Assembly: GCA_963783375.1 (NCBI GenBank)
Contig: CAWANH010000028.1
Span: forward strand, 448,001 to 512,000
DNA: 64,000 bases
Origin: Candidatus Eiseniibacteriota bacterium
GTDB lineage: Bacteria > Eisenbacteria > RBG-16-71-46 > JABDJR01
Reading direction: 5' to 3'
This document shows positions 18,817 to 26,384 of this stretch, in pieces (the first letter of the stretch is position 1; the number at the start of each line of letters is the position of its first letter). The position numbers were made by a program, and so were the translations under genes. Below the pieces are notes generated by a model. The model had not been told where the DNA came from, ran no database searches, and was given only the letters and a program-made list of their open reading frames with translations.

Positions 18817-19671
18817 ATGGCCGGGGAAGAGAAACGGAAGCGGCTTTCGGAGCTGGCCCGGCGGCGGCCTTCGGCGGGCGGGGAACGGGCAGCGGGGAGC
18901 CGGGGGGCGGCGCGGGCGCCGGGCCGGGGGCGGACCTCCGCGAAACGGGACGCGCGGCTGGAGGACCTGGTGCCGGGGGTGGAGGAGACGACCGCGCGCG
19001 GGGTTCACTGGCGCCACGAGCGCGCGCTGGCCGAGGCCTCGGACGTGGACGCCGCGGCCCGGGCGCTCCTCCCGGGCGCCCTCCCCCCGCCCGAAGCGGC
19101 CCTGGCCGAGTGCCTGGGAGCCCGGGGACTTTCCGGCGCGCTCTTTCTGGATCTCGAGACCTGCGGATTCTCGGGGAACCCGCTCTTCCTGAGCGGGCTC
19201 CTCCGGGTGGAGGACGGCCGGCCGGTCTTGACCCAGCTTCTCGCCCGGAACTACGCCGAGGAGGCGTCGGTGGTGGCGGCGACCCTGGAGATCCTCGCCC
19301 GGCACCCCCTGGTGGTGACCTTCAACGGAAAGTCCTACGATCTACCCTTCCTCCGCGACCGGGCGGTGCGGTACGGGTTCCGGTTCCGGGAGCCCGAGGG
19401 GCACCTGGACCTGTTGCACGCGGCGCGGCGCCGCTGGCGGGACATCCTCCCCGATTGCCGGCTCCAGACCCTGGAGGCGCGGTTCACCGGGCGCCGCCGG
19501 GCGGGGGACGTTCCGGGAGCCGAGGTGCCCGAGCGCTACCACGCCTTCGTGCGGGAGGGCGCGGTGGCCGGGCTCGTCCCGGTCCTGCGGCACAATCTCC
19601 TGGATCTCCTGACCCTGATCTCGATCCTGGGGGCGCTCCCCACGTCGCCGGTTTCGCCCCCGCGGGAATGA
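18817..19671 (+). CDS. RNase H-like exonuclease (YprB/MrfB family)
   Basis: FLDLETCG, TFNGKSYDLP, HLDLLH.ARR.W, HNLLDL. Directly follows the helicase. Confidence 0.88.
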   Translation: MAGEEKRKRLSELARRRPSAGGERAAGSRGAARAPGRGRTSAKRDARLEDLVPGVEETTARGVHWRHERALAEASDVDAAARALLPGALPPPEAALAECLGARGLSGALFLDLETCGFSGNPLFLSGLLRVEDGRPVLTQLLARNYAEEASVVAATLEILARHPLVVTFNGKSYDLPFLRDRAVRYGFRFREPEGHLDLLHAARRRWRDILPDCRLQTLEARFTGRRRAGDVPGAEVPERYHAFVREGAVAGLVPVLRHNLLDLLTLISILGALPTSPVSPPRE

Positions 19672-19771
19672 AACGGAACTTCAGACGGCCGGCGGGTCGC
19701 GCGCCCGCCGGAAACGACGGGTAGGCCGCGCGGAAACGCGGGACTTCCCCAGCTCAGAAAGGCGAGGCGCC

Positions 19772-20962
19772 ATGTCCGAGAAGCACGAAGCACGTTCGCC
19801 GGGGCCCGGCCCCTCCACCCGCTCCGTCCATGCCGGCCGCACCGGTCCGGCGCTGGGGGGAACCGCCCTCACCATCCAGCCCTCGGCAGTCTACGCGTTC
19901 GGTTCGATGGACGAGGGCGTGGACACCTTTACCGGCAAGCGCGCCGGGTACGTGTACGGCCGCTACGGCCACCCTACCGGCGAGGCGGTGGAGGCGCGGC
20001 TGGCCGCGCTCGAGGGCGCGGACGCGGCGCTCCTCTTCTCGAGCGGCATGGCCGCCATCACCCTCACCGCCCTCGCCTACTGCGGGGAGGGCGGGCACCT
20101 GATCGCCTCGGCCGAGCTCTACGGCGGGACCACCGAGCTCCTCACCGACGTGCTTCCCGCCTGCGGGATCGCGGTGGACCGGGTGCCCCTGGATGACCTC
20201 GGATCGCTTGCGGGGCGGGTGCGGGAGAACACGCGCATGGTCCTGGTGGAGTCGCCGACCAACCCGCTCCTCCGGCTGGTCGATTTCGAGGCGCTCATGG
20301 CCGGGCTTCCCGCCCCGCGGCCGCTCATGGTCCTGGACTCCACCTTCGCCACGCCCCTCGGGCAGAGCGGGCTCACCGCCGGGTTCGACCTGGTGGTTCA
20401 CTCCGCCACCAAGTACCTGGGCGGCCACGACGACCTGGTGGCGGGGATGGTGGCCGGTCCCCCCGAGCTCTTGAAGCCGATCCGCGAGCGCCGTCGCGTG
20501 GTGGGGGCCAACTGCGATCCCCAGACCGCGTGGCTGGTGGACCGGGGGATGAAGACCCTGGCCCTTCGCTGGGAGCGCCAGTGCGCGAACGCGCTGGCCC
20601 TGGCCGGGCGGCTGGAGGCGCACCCCGCGGTGGCGCGGGTCCACTACCCCGGTCTGGCGTCGCATCCCCATCACGAGATCGCCCGCCGCCAGATGCGGAC
20701 CTTCGGCGCGGTGCTGGCCTTCGACCTGGCCGGGGGGATGGAGGCGGCGCGGCGGGCGTTCGACCGGTTCGCGCTGATCGCCCGGGCCCCGAGCCTGGGC
20801 GGGGTGGAGAGCATGGCCCTCCACCCGGTGACCTCCTCCCATCGCGGCCTGAGCGCGGAGGAGCGCCGGGCGGTGGGGATCGGGGACGGGTTGCTGCGGC
20901 TGAGCGTGGGGATCGAGGACGAGCCGGATCTCTGGGCCGATCTGGAGCAGGCGCTTTGGTGA
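19772..20962 (+). CDS. Cys/Met metabolism PLP enzyme (cystathionine gamma-lyase/synthase family)
   Basis: YGRYGHPT, FSSGMAA, ESPTNP, DSTFATP, HSATKYLGGH, SLGGVES, RLSVGIE. Confidence 0.9.
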   Translation: MSEKHEARSPGPGPSTRSVHAGRTGPALGGTALTIQPSAVYAFGSMDEGVDTFTGKRAGYVYGRYGHPTGEAVEARLAALEGADAALLFSSGMAAITLTALAYCGEGGHLIASAELYGGTTELLTDVLPACGIAVDRVPLDDLGSLAGRVRENTRMVLVESPTNPLLRLVDFEALMAGLPAPRPLMVLDSTFATPLGQSGLTAGFDLVVHSATKYLGGHDDLVAGMVAGPPELLKPIRERRRVVGANCDPQTAWLVDRGMKTLALRWERQCANALALAGRLEAHPAVARVHYPGLASHPHHEIARRQMRTFGAVLAFDLAGGMEAARRAFDRFALIARAPSLGGVESMALHPVTSSHRGLSAEERRAVGIGDGLLRLSVGIEDEPDLWADLEQALW

Positions 20963-21005
20963 CCGCGGTCCCTGCCGACGACGGCCGGCTCGAGGGGGAC
21001 GTGCC

Positions 21006-21995
21006 GTGCGCATCCTGACCGGCGACGACGTCCGCGCGCTCCTTCCCATGACCGAGTGCATGGAGGTGGTGGAGGAATCGCTCCGGGTGCTGGCGCGGGG
21101 CGAGGCGATGAACCCTCTCCGGTCCGCCCTGTGGTTTCCCGACAAGACCGGGCTGCTCGGGGTCATGCCGGGCTGGCTGGCCTTCCCCCGCGGCGCGGGC
21201 ATCAAGGTCATCACCGTCATGCCGGGAAACCACGGGACACCCTACGACTCCCACCAGGGGGTGGTGCTCCTGTTCGAGCCGGAGCACGGGCGGCCGGCGG
21301 CGATGATCGACGCCAGCTCGGTGACCGCGATCCGGACCGCGGCGGCGAGCGGGGTGGCCACGCGGGCCCTGGCCCGGGAGGACGCCAGGATCCTGGCGCT
21401 GATCGGGACCGGGGTCGAGGCGACGACGCACCTGGAAGCCATGCTGGCGGTACGCGCGTTCACCGAGGTGCGGGCGTTCGGGCGGTCGGCGGACCGGGCG
21501 CGGGCGTTCGCGGAGCGGGCGCGCGGCGCGCACGGCGTCCCGGTGCGGGTGGCGGGCTCGGCGCGGGAGGCGGTGGAGGGGGCGGACGTGGTCTGCACGG
21601 TGACCTCGTCCGCGACCCCGGTGGTTTCCGGGGAGTGGCTGGCCGCGGGGTGTCACGTGAACGCGGTCGGCGCCTGCACCCCGAATGCCCGCGAGCTGGA
21701 CACCGAGGCGGTCCGGCGGGCCCGGTTGTTCGCGGACAGCCGGGAATCGGTATTGAACGAATCCGGGGATTTCCTGCTGGCGCGCTCGGAAGGGGCGTTC
21801 GGTGACGACCACATCGTGGCGGAACTGGGCGAGGTATTGTTGGGGCGCGATCCCGGCCGGCGTTCCCCCGACGAAATCACCGTCTTCGAATCGCTGGGAA
21901 TCGCTGTCGAGGACGTGGCGGTGGGGCAGCGGCTCCTGGAGAAGGCCCGCGCCGCGGGAGTCGGGGTGGAAGTGGACCTCGGCGGACGGCGCTGA
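21006..21995 (+). CDS. Ornithine cyclodeaminase / mu-crystallin family protein
   Basis: TAIRTAAASGVAT..LAR, IGTG..A..H, HVNAVGA, ITVFESLGIA.EDVA. Confidence 0.9.
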   Translation: MRILTGDDVRALLPMTECMEVVEESLRVLARGEAMNPLRSALWFPDKTGLLGVMPGWLAFPRGAGIKVITVMPGNHGTPYDSHQGVVLLFEPEHGRPAAMIDASSVTAIRTAAASGVATRALAREDARILALIGTGVEATTHLEAMLAVRAFTEVRAFGRSADRARAFAERARGAHGVPVRVAGSAREAVEGADVVCTVTSSATPVVSGEWLAAGCHVNAVGACTPNARELDTEAVRRARLFADSRESVLNESGDFLLARSEGAFGDDHIVAELGEVLLGRDPGRRSPDEITVFESLGIAVEDVAVGQRLLEKARAAGVGVEVDLGGRR

Positions 21996-22020
21996 AGCTA
22001 TTTCCCCGCGGCGGTAGCGA

Positions 22021-22434
22021 TCAGGCGGCCCGGGCGATCGGCGGGCGTTCCATCGTGGCCGAGTCCCCCAACGCCAGTCGGAGCAGGTGTGAGATCAGCT
22101 CGGGGTGGATCGGGCTCCGGCACACCCCCGAGGCTCCCAGACGCCGGGCCGCCTCGGCAAGTTCGGGGTTCAGCGACGCGGTGACCGCGAAGACCGGAAT
22201 CCTCGAGGTTTCCGCTCGCCGCTTGAGCGCCCGGAGCGCGGGAATCCCCACCCCGCCCAGATCATCCAGGTCGAGGACGATGGCGGCGGGAGCGTGCCGG
22301 ACGGCCGCCGCCTGAGCCTGCTCGCGCGTCACGCCCCACACCACGTCGTAACCCCTCTCCCGCAGATAGACGGCCAGAGGTTCCGCCCAGCTCTCGTTGT
22401 CGGCGGCGATCAAGACCCGGTGTGTGTCGAACAT
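22021..22434 (-). CDS. Single-domain receiver protein, atypical
   Basis: IVLDL, IPVFAVTA. The conserved KP reads RSP and the first acidic pair reads AD. Confidence 0.75.
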   Translation of the reverse strand: MFDTHRVLIAADNESWAEPLAVYLRERGYDVVWGVTREQAQAAAVRHAPAAIVLDLDDLGGVGIPALRALKRRAETSRIPVFAVTASLNPELAEAARRLGASGVCRSPIHPELISHLLRLALGDSATMERPPIARAA

Positions 22435-22596
22435 GGTCACCTCGTTCCCGTCGGAGCGCGCCTGGGGGTTCCCTCGGGATGGATCGGCCGGCCGGAGGCC
22501 ACCGTTTCACGAGGGAAATCCGACTGTTTTGCTCCTTTGGGGGCGGTGACCCAAAACGGGCTCCTCGGCAAACCCGTCCGCACCCGTTCGCCTTCG

Positions 22597-23289
22597 CTAG
22601 TGGACCCCGCTCTTCAGCCACCCCCAGGTGACGTTCTCGACCGGGACCGGCGCGGCGGGGCCCCCCCAGCTCGTGCCGCTCGTGAAGCTGTATTGGTTGT
22701 CGTCGGTCGGGGTCACCCCCGCACTGGCACCGCTTACGACATGGTCCACGTCCCCCGTGGTGTAGGCGAAGAGAGGAGCCGGGGTGGTCGGCGGCGTGTT
22801 GGCGTTGGAGAAGAAGGCTTCGCACGCCAGGTACAGATTACCGCCGGTCAGCGCGATGGGGGCGCCGTCGAGCTCGACGAAGTCGTTCCCCACGGTGTGC
22901 TGGTTCCTGATGATCCAGGCGCCTGAGCTCATGACGTAGGTTCCGTCGTTCACGCCGCCCGCGGTCCCGGTGAGGGTGACCGTCGCGCTGGTGACGGCGT
23001 ACTGGGTGTAGTAGTAGCCGGAGAGCGCGGTGGCGAGGATGGGCGTCTGGTCCGCGGGCGCGAAGATCACGTCGATCTGCAGATGCGCTCCGTTCAGCCC
23101 CACGACATCGGTGCCGGAGGAGAGCGCGAGATCACCCTCGATCGTGTAGGGGATGTCGGCGGCGAGCGCCGGGTTCGCCGCCAAGCAGACACCCGCCAGA
23201 CACACCGCGGCGAGGACGACGATCGCAGGACGCCCGGCGCGGACGTTCGAAGGGGGCGACGAGGGGAAGGCACAATACCCGAACTTCAT
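22597..23289 (-). CDS. Secreted beta-rich protein with C-terminal VPVENVTWGWLKSGVH tail
   Basis: RBS AAGGAG, hydrophobic signal ending PALA-A, Thr/Gly/Tyr-rich mature part. Confidence 0.75.
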   Translation of the reverse strand: MKFGYCAFPSSPPSNVRAGRPAIVVLAAVCLAGVCLAANPALAADIPYTIEGDLALSSGTDVVGLNGAHLQIDVIFAPADQTPILATALSGYYYTQYAVTSATVTLTGTAGGVNDGTYVMSSGAWIIRNQHTVGNDFVELDGAPIALTGGNLYLACEAFFSNANTPPTTPAPLFAYTTGDVDHVVSGASAGVTPTDDNQYSFTSGTSWGGPAAPVPVENVTWGWLKSGVH

Positions 23290-23512
23290 GATCCAGACTC
23301 CTTGAAGAGGGTAGAATGGGCGGCCGGCGTGGCCACGTGCTCCGCGGTCGGCTTACGGGTCACCGGTTGCGCCCCGATGCGGGCTCGCGGATTGCGGCGT
23401 ATGCAGGGTGTCTATCCCGGTGGCGTCGGCCCCGGTGTCCCTGGGGGCGCTCTCCCCGTGGGAACACGGAACGGTGCGTGGCACATTTCGCCGCCCAGGA
23501 CACGACATTATA

Positions 23513-23927
23513 TCATACCGAGCGGCGATGGCGGCGACGGACGAGAACTCCGAGCCCAAGAACCCCGAGCATCCCGGGCAGAAGCTCCGCTACTCCCGTC
23601 CGCCCGGCGGTGGAGAGGAAATTGACCCCGGGGGGCACGAACGACGTCCATCGTCTGGACGGACCAGAAGGGCGAGCGGCGGGGGAAGAACTTCACCAGC
23701 CAGCCGCCCCCGTACTGGGTCAGCGACAGGTAGTCGTAGAACCGGCTCCAGTTGCTCGGGTCGCCGAGGTTGAGCACCGGATCCCCGACGGCGTGGGCGT
23801 AGCGGCTGGAATCCCACCAGGTGATCGAGGGGTGGGCGGTGACCGCGAACGCGATGAAGGCGACGAGAAAGACGGTCCATGAGAGGCCGGCCGCCTCGGG
23901 CCCCCGGCCCGGCGCCGGTCCGGTCAG
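23513..23927 (-). pseudogene. Internally deleted DUF2723 (TMEM260-like GT-C) fragment
   Basis: The N-terminal TAHPSITWWDS motif is joined almost directly to the mid-protein P.LNLGDPSNW..F.DYL...QYG motif, then a frameshift in a G-run (about 23630) leads to LLPGMLGVLGL and a stop. Confidence 0.6.
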
Positions 23928-24523
23928 GCCCCGCTCCCGTCGATCACGACGTGGGCCCCCTCCTCCGGCCGGTGCTCCCGGACGTACCGGTCTTCGCCCG
24001 GCATCCAGTCCCCCTCCCAGCGGTCCCGGGCGGCCTCGCCGTCGCGGGCAAGACCGCGGGCCAGGCGGAGCGCACGCGGGCAGGCGACCCACACCCGGAT
24101 GTCGTAGAGCTCCGCGAGCTCCCGGCGGGTGCAGGTGACGCCCTCGACGATCACGATGCCGTCCGGGGAGACCTCCTGTCGCTCCGCCAACACGTCCCGC
24201 TTCCAGTCGTACCTCGCGTAGCGGGCCAGGCGGTGGTTCCGGAGGGGGAGCAGCACCTCGTCCCGGAGGCGGCGCCAGTCGAAGTCCCCGCCGATGGGCT
24301 TCGTCTCCGGCGGGCCGGCCGGACGCTCGGCCGACGGGAGATAGAAGTCGTCCACGTGAACCACCGCCGCGACGCGACCCAGGTCCACGAGCGCCTCGGC
24401 CAGGGCGGCAGTGACGGTGGTCTTTCCCGCCGCTCCCGGGCCGTCGATCCCCACCAGAACCGTGGGTTGGGTCGATGCCGCGGCTTCGATCCGGTGGAGG
24501 AGTTCTTCCAGTCGGTCCGTCAT
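23924..24523 (-). CDS. Uridine kinase-like P-loop kinase
   Basis: VGIDGPGAAGKTT, HVDDFY, YDW, IVEGV, RLARGLARDG. Confidence 0.85.
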   Translation of the reverse strand: MTDRLEELLHRIEAAASTQPTVLVGIDGPGAAGKTTVTAALAEALVDLGRVAAVVHVDDFYLPSAERPAGPPETKPIGGDFDWRRLRDEVLLPLRNHRLARYARYDWKRDVLAERQEVSPDGIVIVEGVTCTRRELAELYDIRVWVACPRALRLARGLARDGEAARDRWEGDWMPGEDRYVREHRPEEGAHVVIDGSGA

Positions 24524-24572
24524 GGTTCCTCCGTTCGATCCTGGGGGTGGCCGGGTCGGAGCCGCGGCTCCC

Positions 24573-24634
24573 GGTCTGCGCCAGGGTATCGCGCTACCCG
24601 GCCATGCGGTCGGGCCTGTGCCAGGGTATCGCGC
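24573..24634. promoter_or_regulatory. Tandem 22-bp direct repeat at 40-bp period; candidate bEBP enhancer pair
   Basis: GGTCTGCGCCAGGGTATCGCGC (24573) and GGCCTGTGCCAGGGTATCGCGC (24613). Each holds a TG(C/T)GC-N9-GCGC(A/T) dyad. Confidence 0.6.
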
Positions 24635-24806
24635 AATTCGTTCTTGATGTCGGGCCTTCGCGGGTGTCCACACCGTCGAGGCCTCGTCGCCCGATGCGGG
24701 AGGCTCGTCGCTTTCCCGGAGCGGGTCGCGTTCCGCGGCCGCCGCGCGCCGCACTCAATCGCCCGTGCGGGTTGAACCTACGTGATATTCGGAGGCGTGA
24801 CCGCGT

Positions 24807-24823
24807 CCGGCACGATGCCTGCA
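24807..24823 (+). promoter_or_regulatory. sigma54 -24/-12 promoter
   Basis: CCGGCACGATGCCTGCA: GG(24809)-N10-GC(24821) with the GGCACG core. Confidence 0.65.
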
Positions 24824-24833
24824 TATGTTAACC

Positions 24834-25123
24834 GCCGACGCGACGACCTCCCTGGTTCAGCAGGCAGGGAGCCATCGCCGGGCCGGAACGCCACCGGTTG
24901 CAAGGCACCTCCGGCCGAGAGTCCCGGAGCGACGACGACCCACCCAGCACGAACCGTCGTCCTCGCTCATGTGGACAAGGAGAACCGGCGCGGCGAACCC
25001 GCCGGCGTCACCGGCCCGAGGGGACAGGGTACCGACCCTGGAGCATCGCCGGCGAGGTCGGAGCAACCGCGTCAGCGTAGCGACACGGGGTCCGTCCCAC
25101 GGGACGGGGCGGGCCCCGATTTT
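24834..25123 (+). ncRNA. Candidate sigma54-dependent structured small RNA, about 290 nt
   Basis: No credible ORF. Five hairpins followed by a terminator hairpin whose G-U wobbles work only on the + strand. Confidence 0.5.
25086..25123 (+). terminator. Intrinsic terminator candidate
   Basis: CGGGGTCCGTCCC / GGGGCGGGCCCCG (13 bp, 2 G-U) followed by ATTTT. Confidence 0.6.
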
Positions 25124-25134
25124 CACCCGATTTT

Positions 25135-25234
25135 GGGGGTGAAATCCTATGGTCGAGAGGGCCCTTAATGGACGGGGGGGGCCTTCTCGAGTGGGCACAA
25201 ACGTTGCCGGTGGGAGCCATGGGATTTCACCCCC
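25135..25234 (+). other. 100-nt three-way-junction element
   Basis: An 18-bp closing stem GGGGGTGAAATCCTATGG/CCATGGGATTTCACCCCC encloses a 12-bp stem TCGAGAGGGCCC/GGGCCTTCTCGA and a 4-bp stem GGCA/TGCC. Confidence 0.65.
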
Positions 25235-25273
25235 GGTTCTTTTCCCCTCGGCCTTGGGTGGTCTGGCGTCCGG

Positions 25274-25624
25274 TCACGCCGGGATGTGCTTCTGCCAGAG
25301 TTCCATACGCTTCGGGACTTCCTCGCCCGTCACTCCCCTGACCACCCCGAATCCCTGAAGGTGCAAGGTTGCGCGGGTCACGTGCGCCAACCACTCGTCG
25401 TCGCCCTGGAGTGCGTCGAACTTGGAAGCTTCGCCGCGGAGGATGAAGAACCCATTCAGATCCCCACCGTGGGGGTCCAGGAACACCGTGTCGAAGGACC
25501 CGATGGTTCCCTTCTGCTGGAGGCGCGCGAGGTACTTGGAAAACTCCTGGAAGTGCTCGGCGCTCACGGGTTCCCGTCCGGGAATGGGTCGGTTCCACGC
25601 AAAGAACAGGGTGTTCGAAGCCAT
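25274..25624 (-). CDS. Hypothetical protein, 116 aa
   Basis: Strong RBS GAGGAGG, normal codon usage, W.RP.PGRE and L.PHGGDLNGF motifs. Confidence 0.8.
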   Translation of the reverse strand: MASNTLFFAWNRPIPGREPVSAEHFQEFSKYLARLQQKGTIGSFDTVFLDPHGGDLNGFFILRGEASKFDALQGDDEWLAHVTRATLHLQGFGVVRGVTGEEVPKRMELWQKHIPA

Positions 25625-25919
25625 GCTGATTCCTCCTCTGAGTTGTGCGGCTCACGGAATGACCGGGGCGTGAAGGGACCGTTCTTTCTCTCCTCTCCGT
25701 CCGGCGCGTCCTCCCCCCCCAGGCGTGGGAACGGATGCCATGCAGGAGGCGACCCGGATCGCCCGTCGTGGAGGTGTACCCGGGTACGCCATTTATCAAT
25801 CTCAGCACACCCAAGTACTGTCTGATTTTACTGCCTGATCCCGCCGGCCCGCCGACAATGTTCTAATCTATTGCACCACAAATGGTTCCGCGGACAGATC
25901 CGTCCTCGACTCTTTTCCG

Positions 25920-25961
25920 TTGACTTACCTATTCTACCTAGGTATAGTCTCCCTAGGTATA
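25920..25961 (+). promoter_or_regulatory. sigma70 promoter overlapped by a probable PadR operator
   Basis: TTGACT-17 nt-TATAGT. Palindrome TACCTAGGTA (25935-25944); CCTAGGTATA occurs at 25937 and 25952. Confidence 0.8.
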
Positions 25962-25979
25962 CCCTCACCGAGGCCCAAC

Positions 25980-26384
25980 ATGAACGACCCGAAGTACTGG
26001 AACGACCTCATCGCCCGGAGCGCCTCGCGCTTCTTCTTCCTGGCCAGCCTGGCCCGGAAGCCGATGCACGGGTATGAGCTGGCCCGGACGATCGCTTCTG
26101 ATTGCAACAACTGCTGCACCCCGACCGACGCCATGATCTACCCGGCCATCCGGGACATGACCCGGGCCGGGCTCATCGCGTGCGAGGAGGAGGTGCACGA
26201 GGGGCGCACACGAAACGTCTGTCGGCTCACCGACCAAGGGTGGGCGGCCTACCGCGCCGCCGCCCTCGCCTGGCGTGAGGCCCTTCCATCACTCGAGCGG
26301 GCCGTGGCCGCGGGATTGGAGCCCGCCCAAGGAGATCGCCATGAAGGAATCGAATCCCCGGAAGATCCAGGATGCTGTCGCTGA
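25980..26384 (+). CDS. PadR-family regulator with Cys clusters
   Basis: PMHGYEL, IYPA...M...GLI, LTDQG. Contains CNNCC and ends GCCR. Confidence 0.85.
   Translation: MNDPKYWNDLIARSASRFFFLASLARKPMHGYELARTIASDCNNCCTPTDAMIYPAIRDMTRAGLIACEEEVHEGRTRNVCRLTDQGWAAYRAAALAWREALPSLERAVAAGLEPAQGDRHEGIESPEDPGCCR

Noticed and set aside
24573-24634. Mini-CRISPR or att-site scar
   Set aside because: Only two copies, an 18-nt spacer, and no cas or integrase gene. An enhancer pair fits the position better.
25135-25234. Retron msr-msd, hammerhead ribozyme or known riboswitch
   Set aside because: No reverse transcriptase in the window, no CUGAnGA core, and no aptamer consensus that I can match.
24782-25358. 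Several short ORFs in the intergenic gap
   Set aside because: Arg/Pro/Gly-rich translations without coding bias or recognisable motifs.
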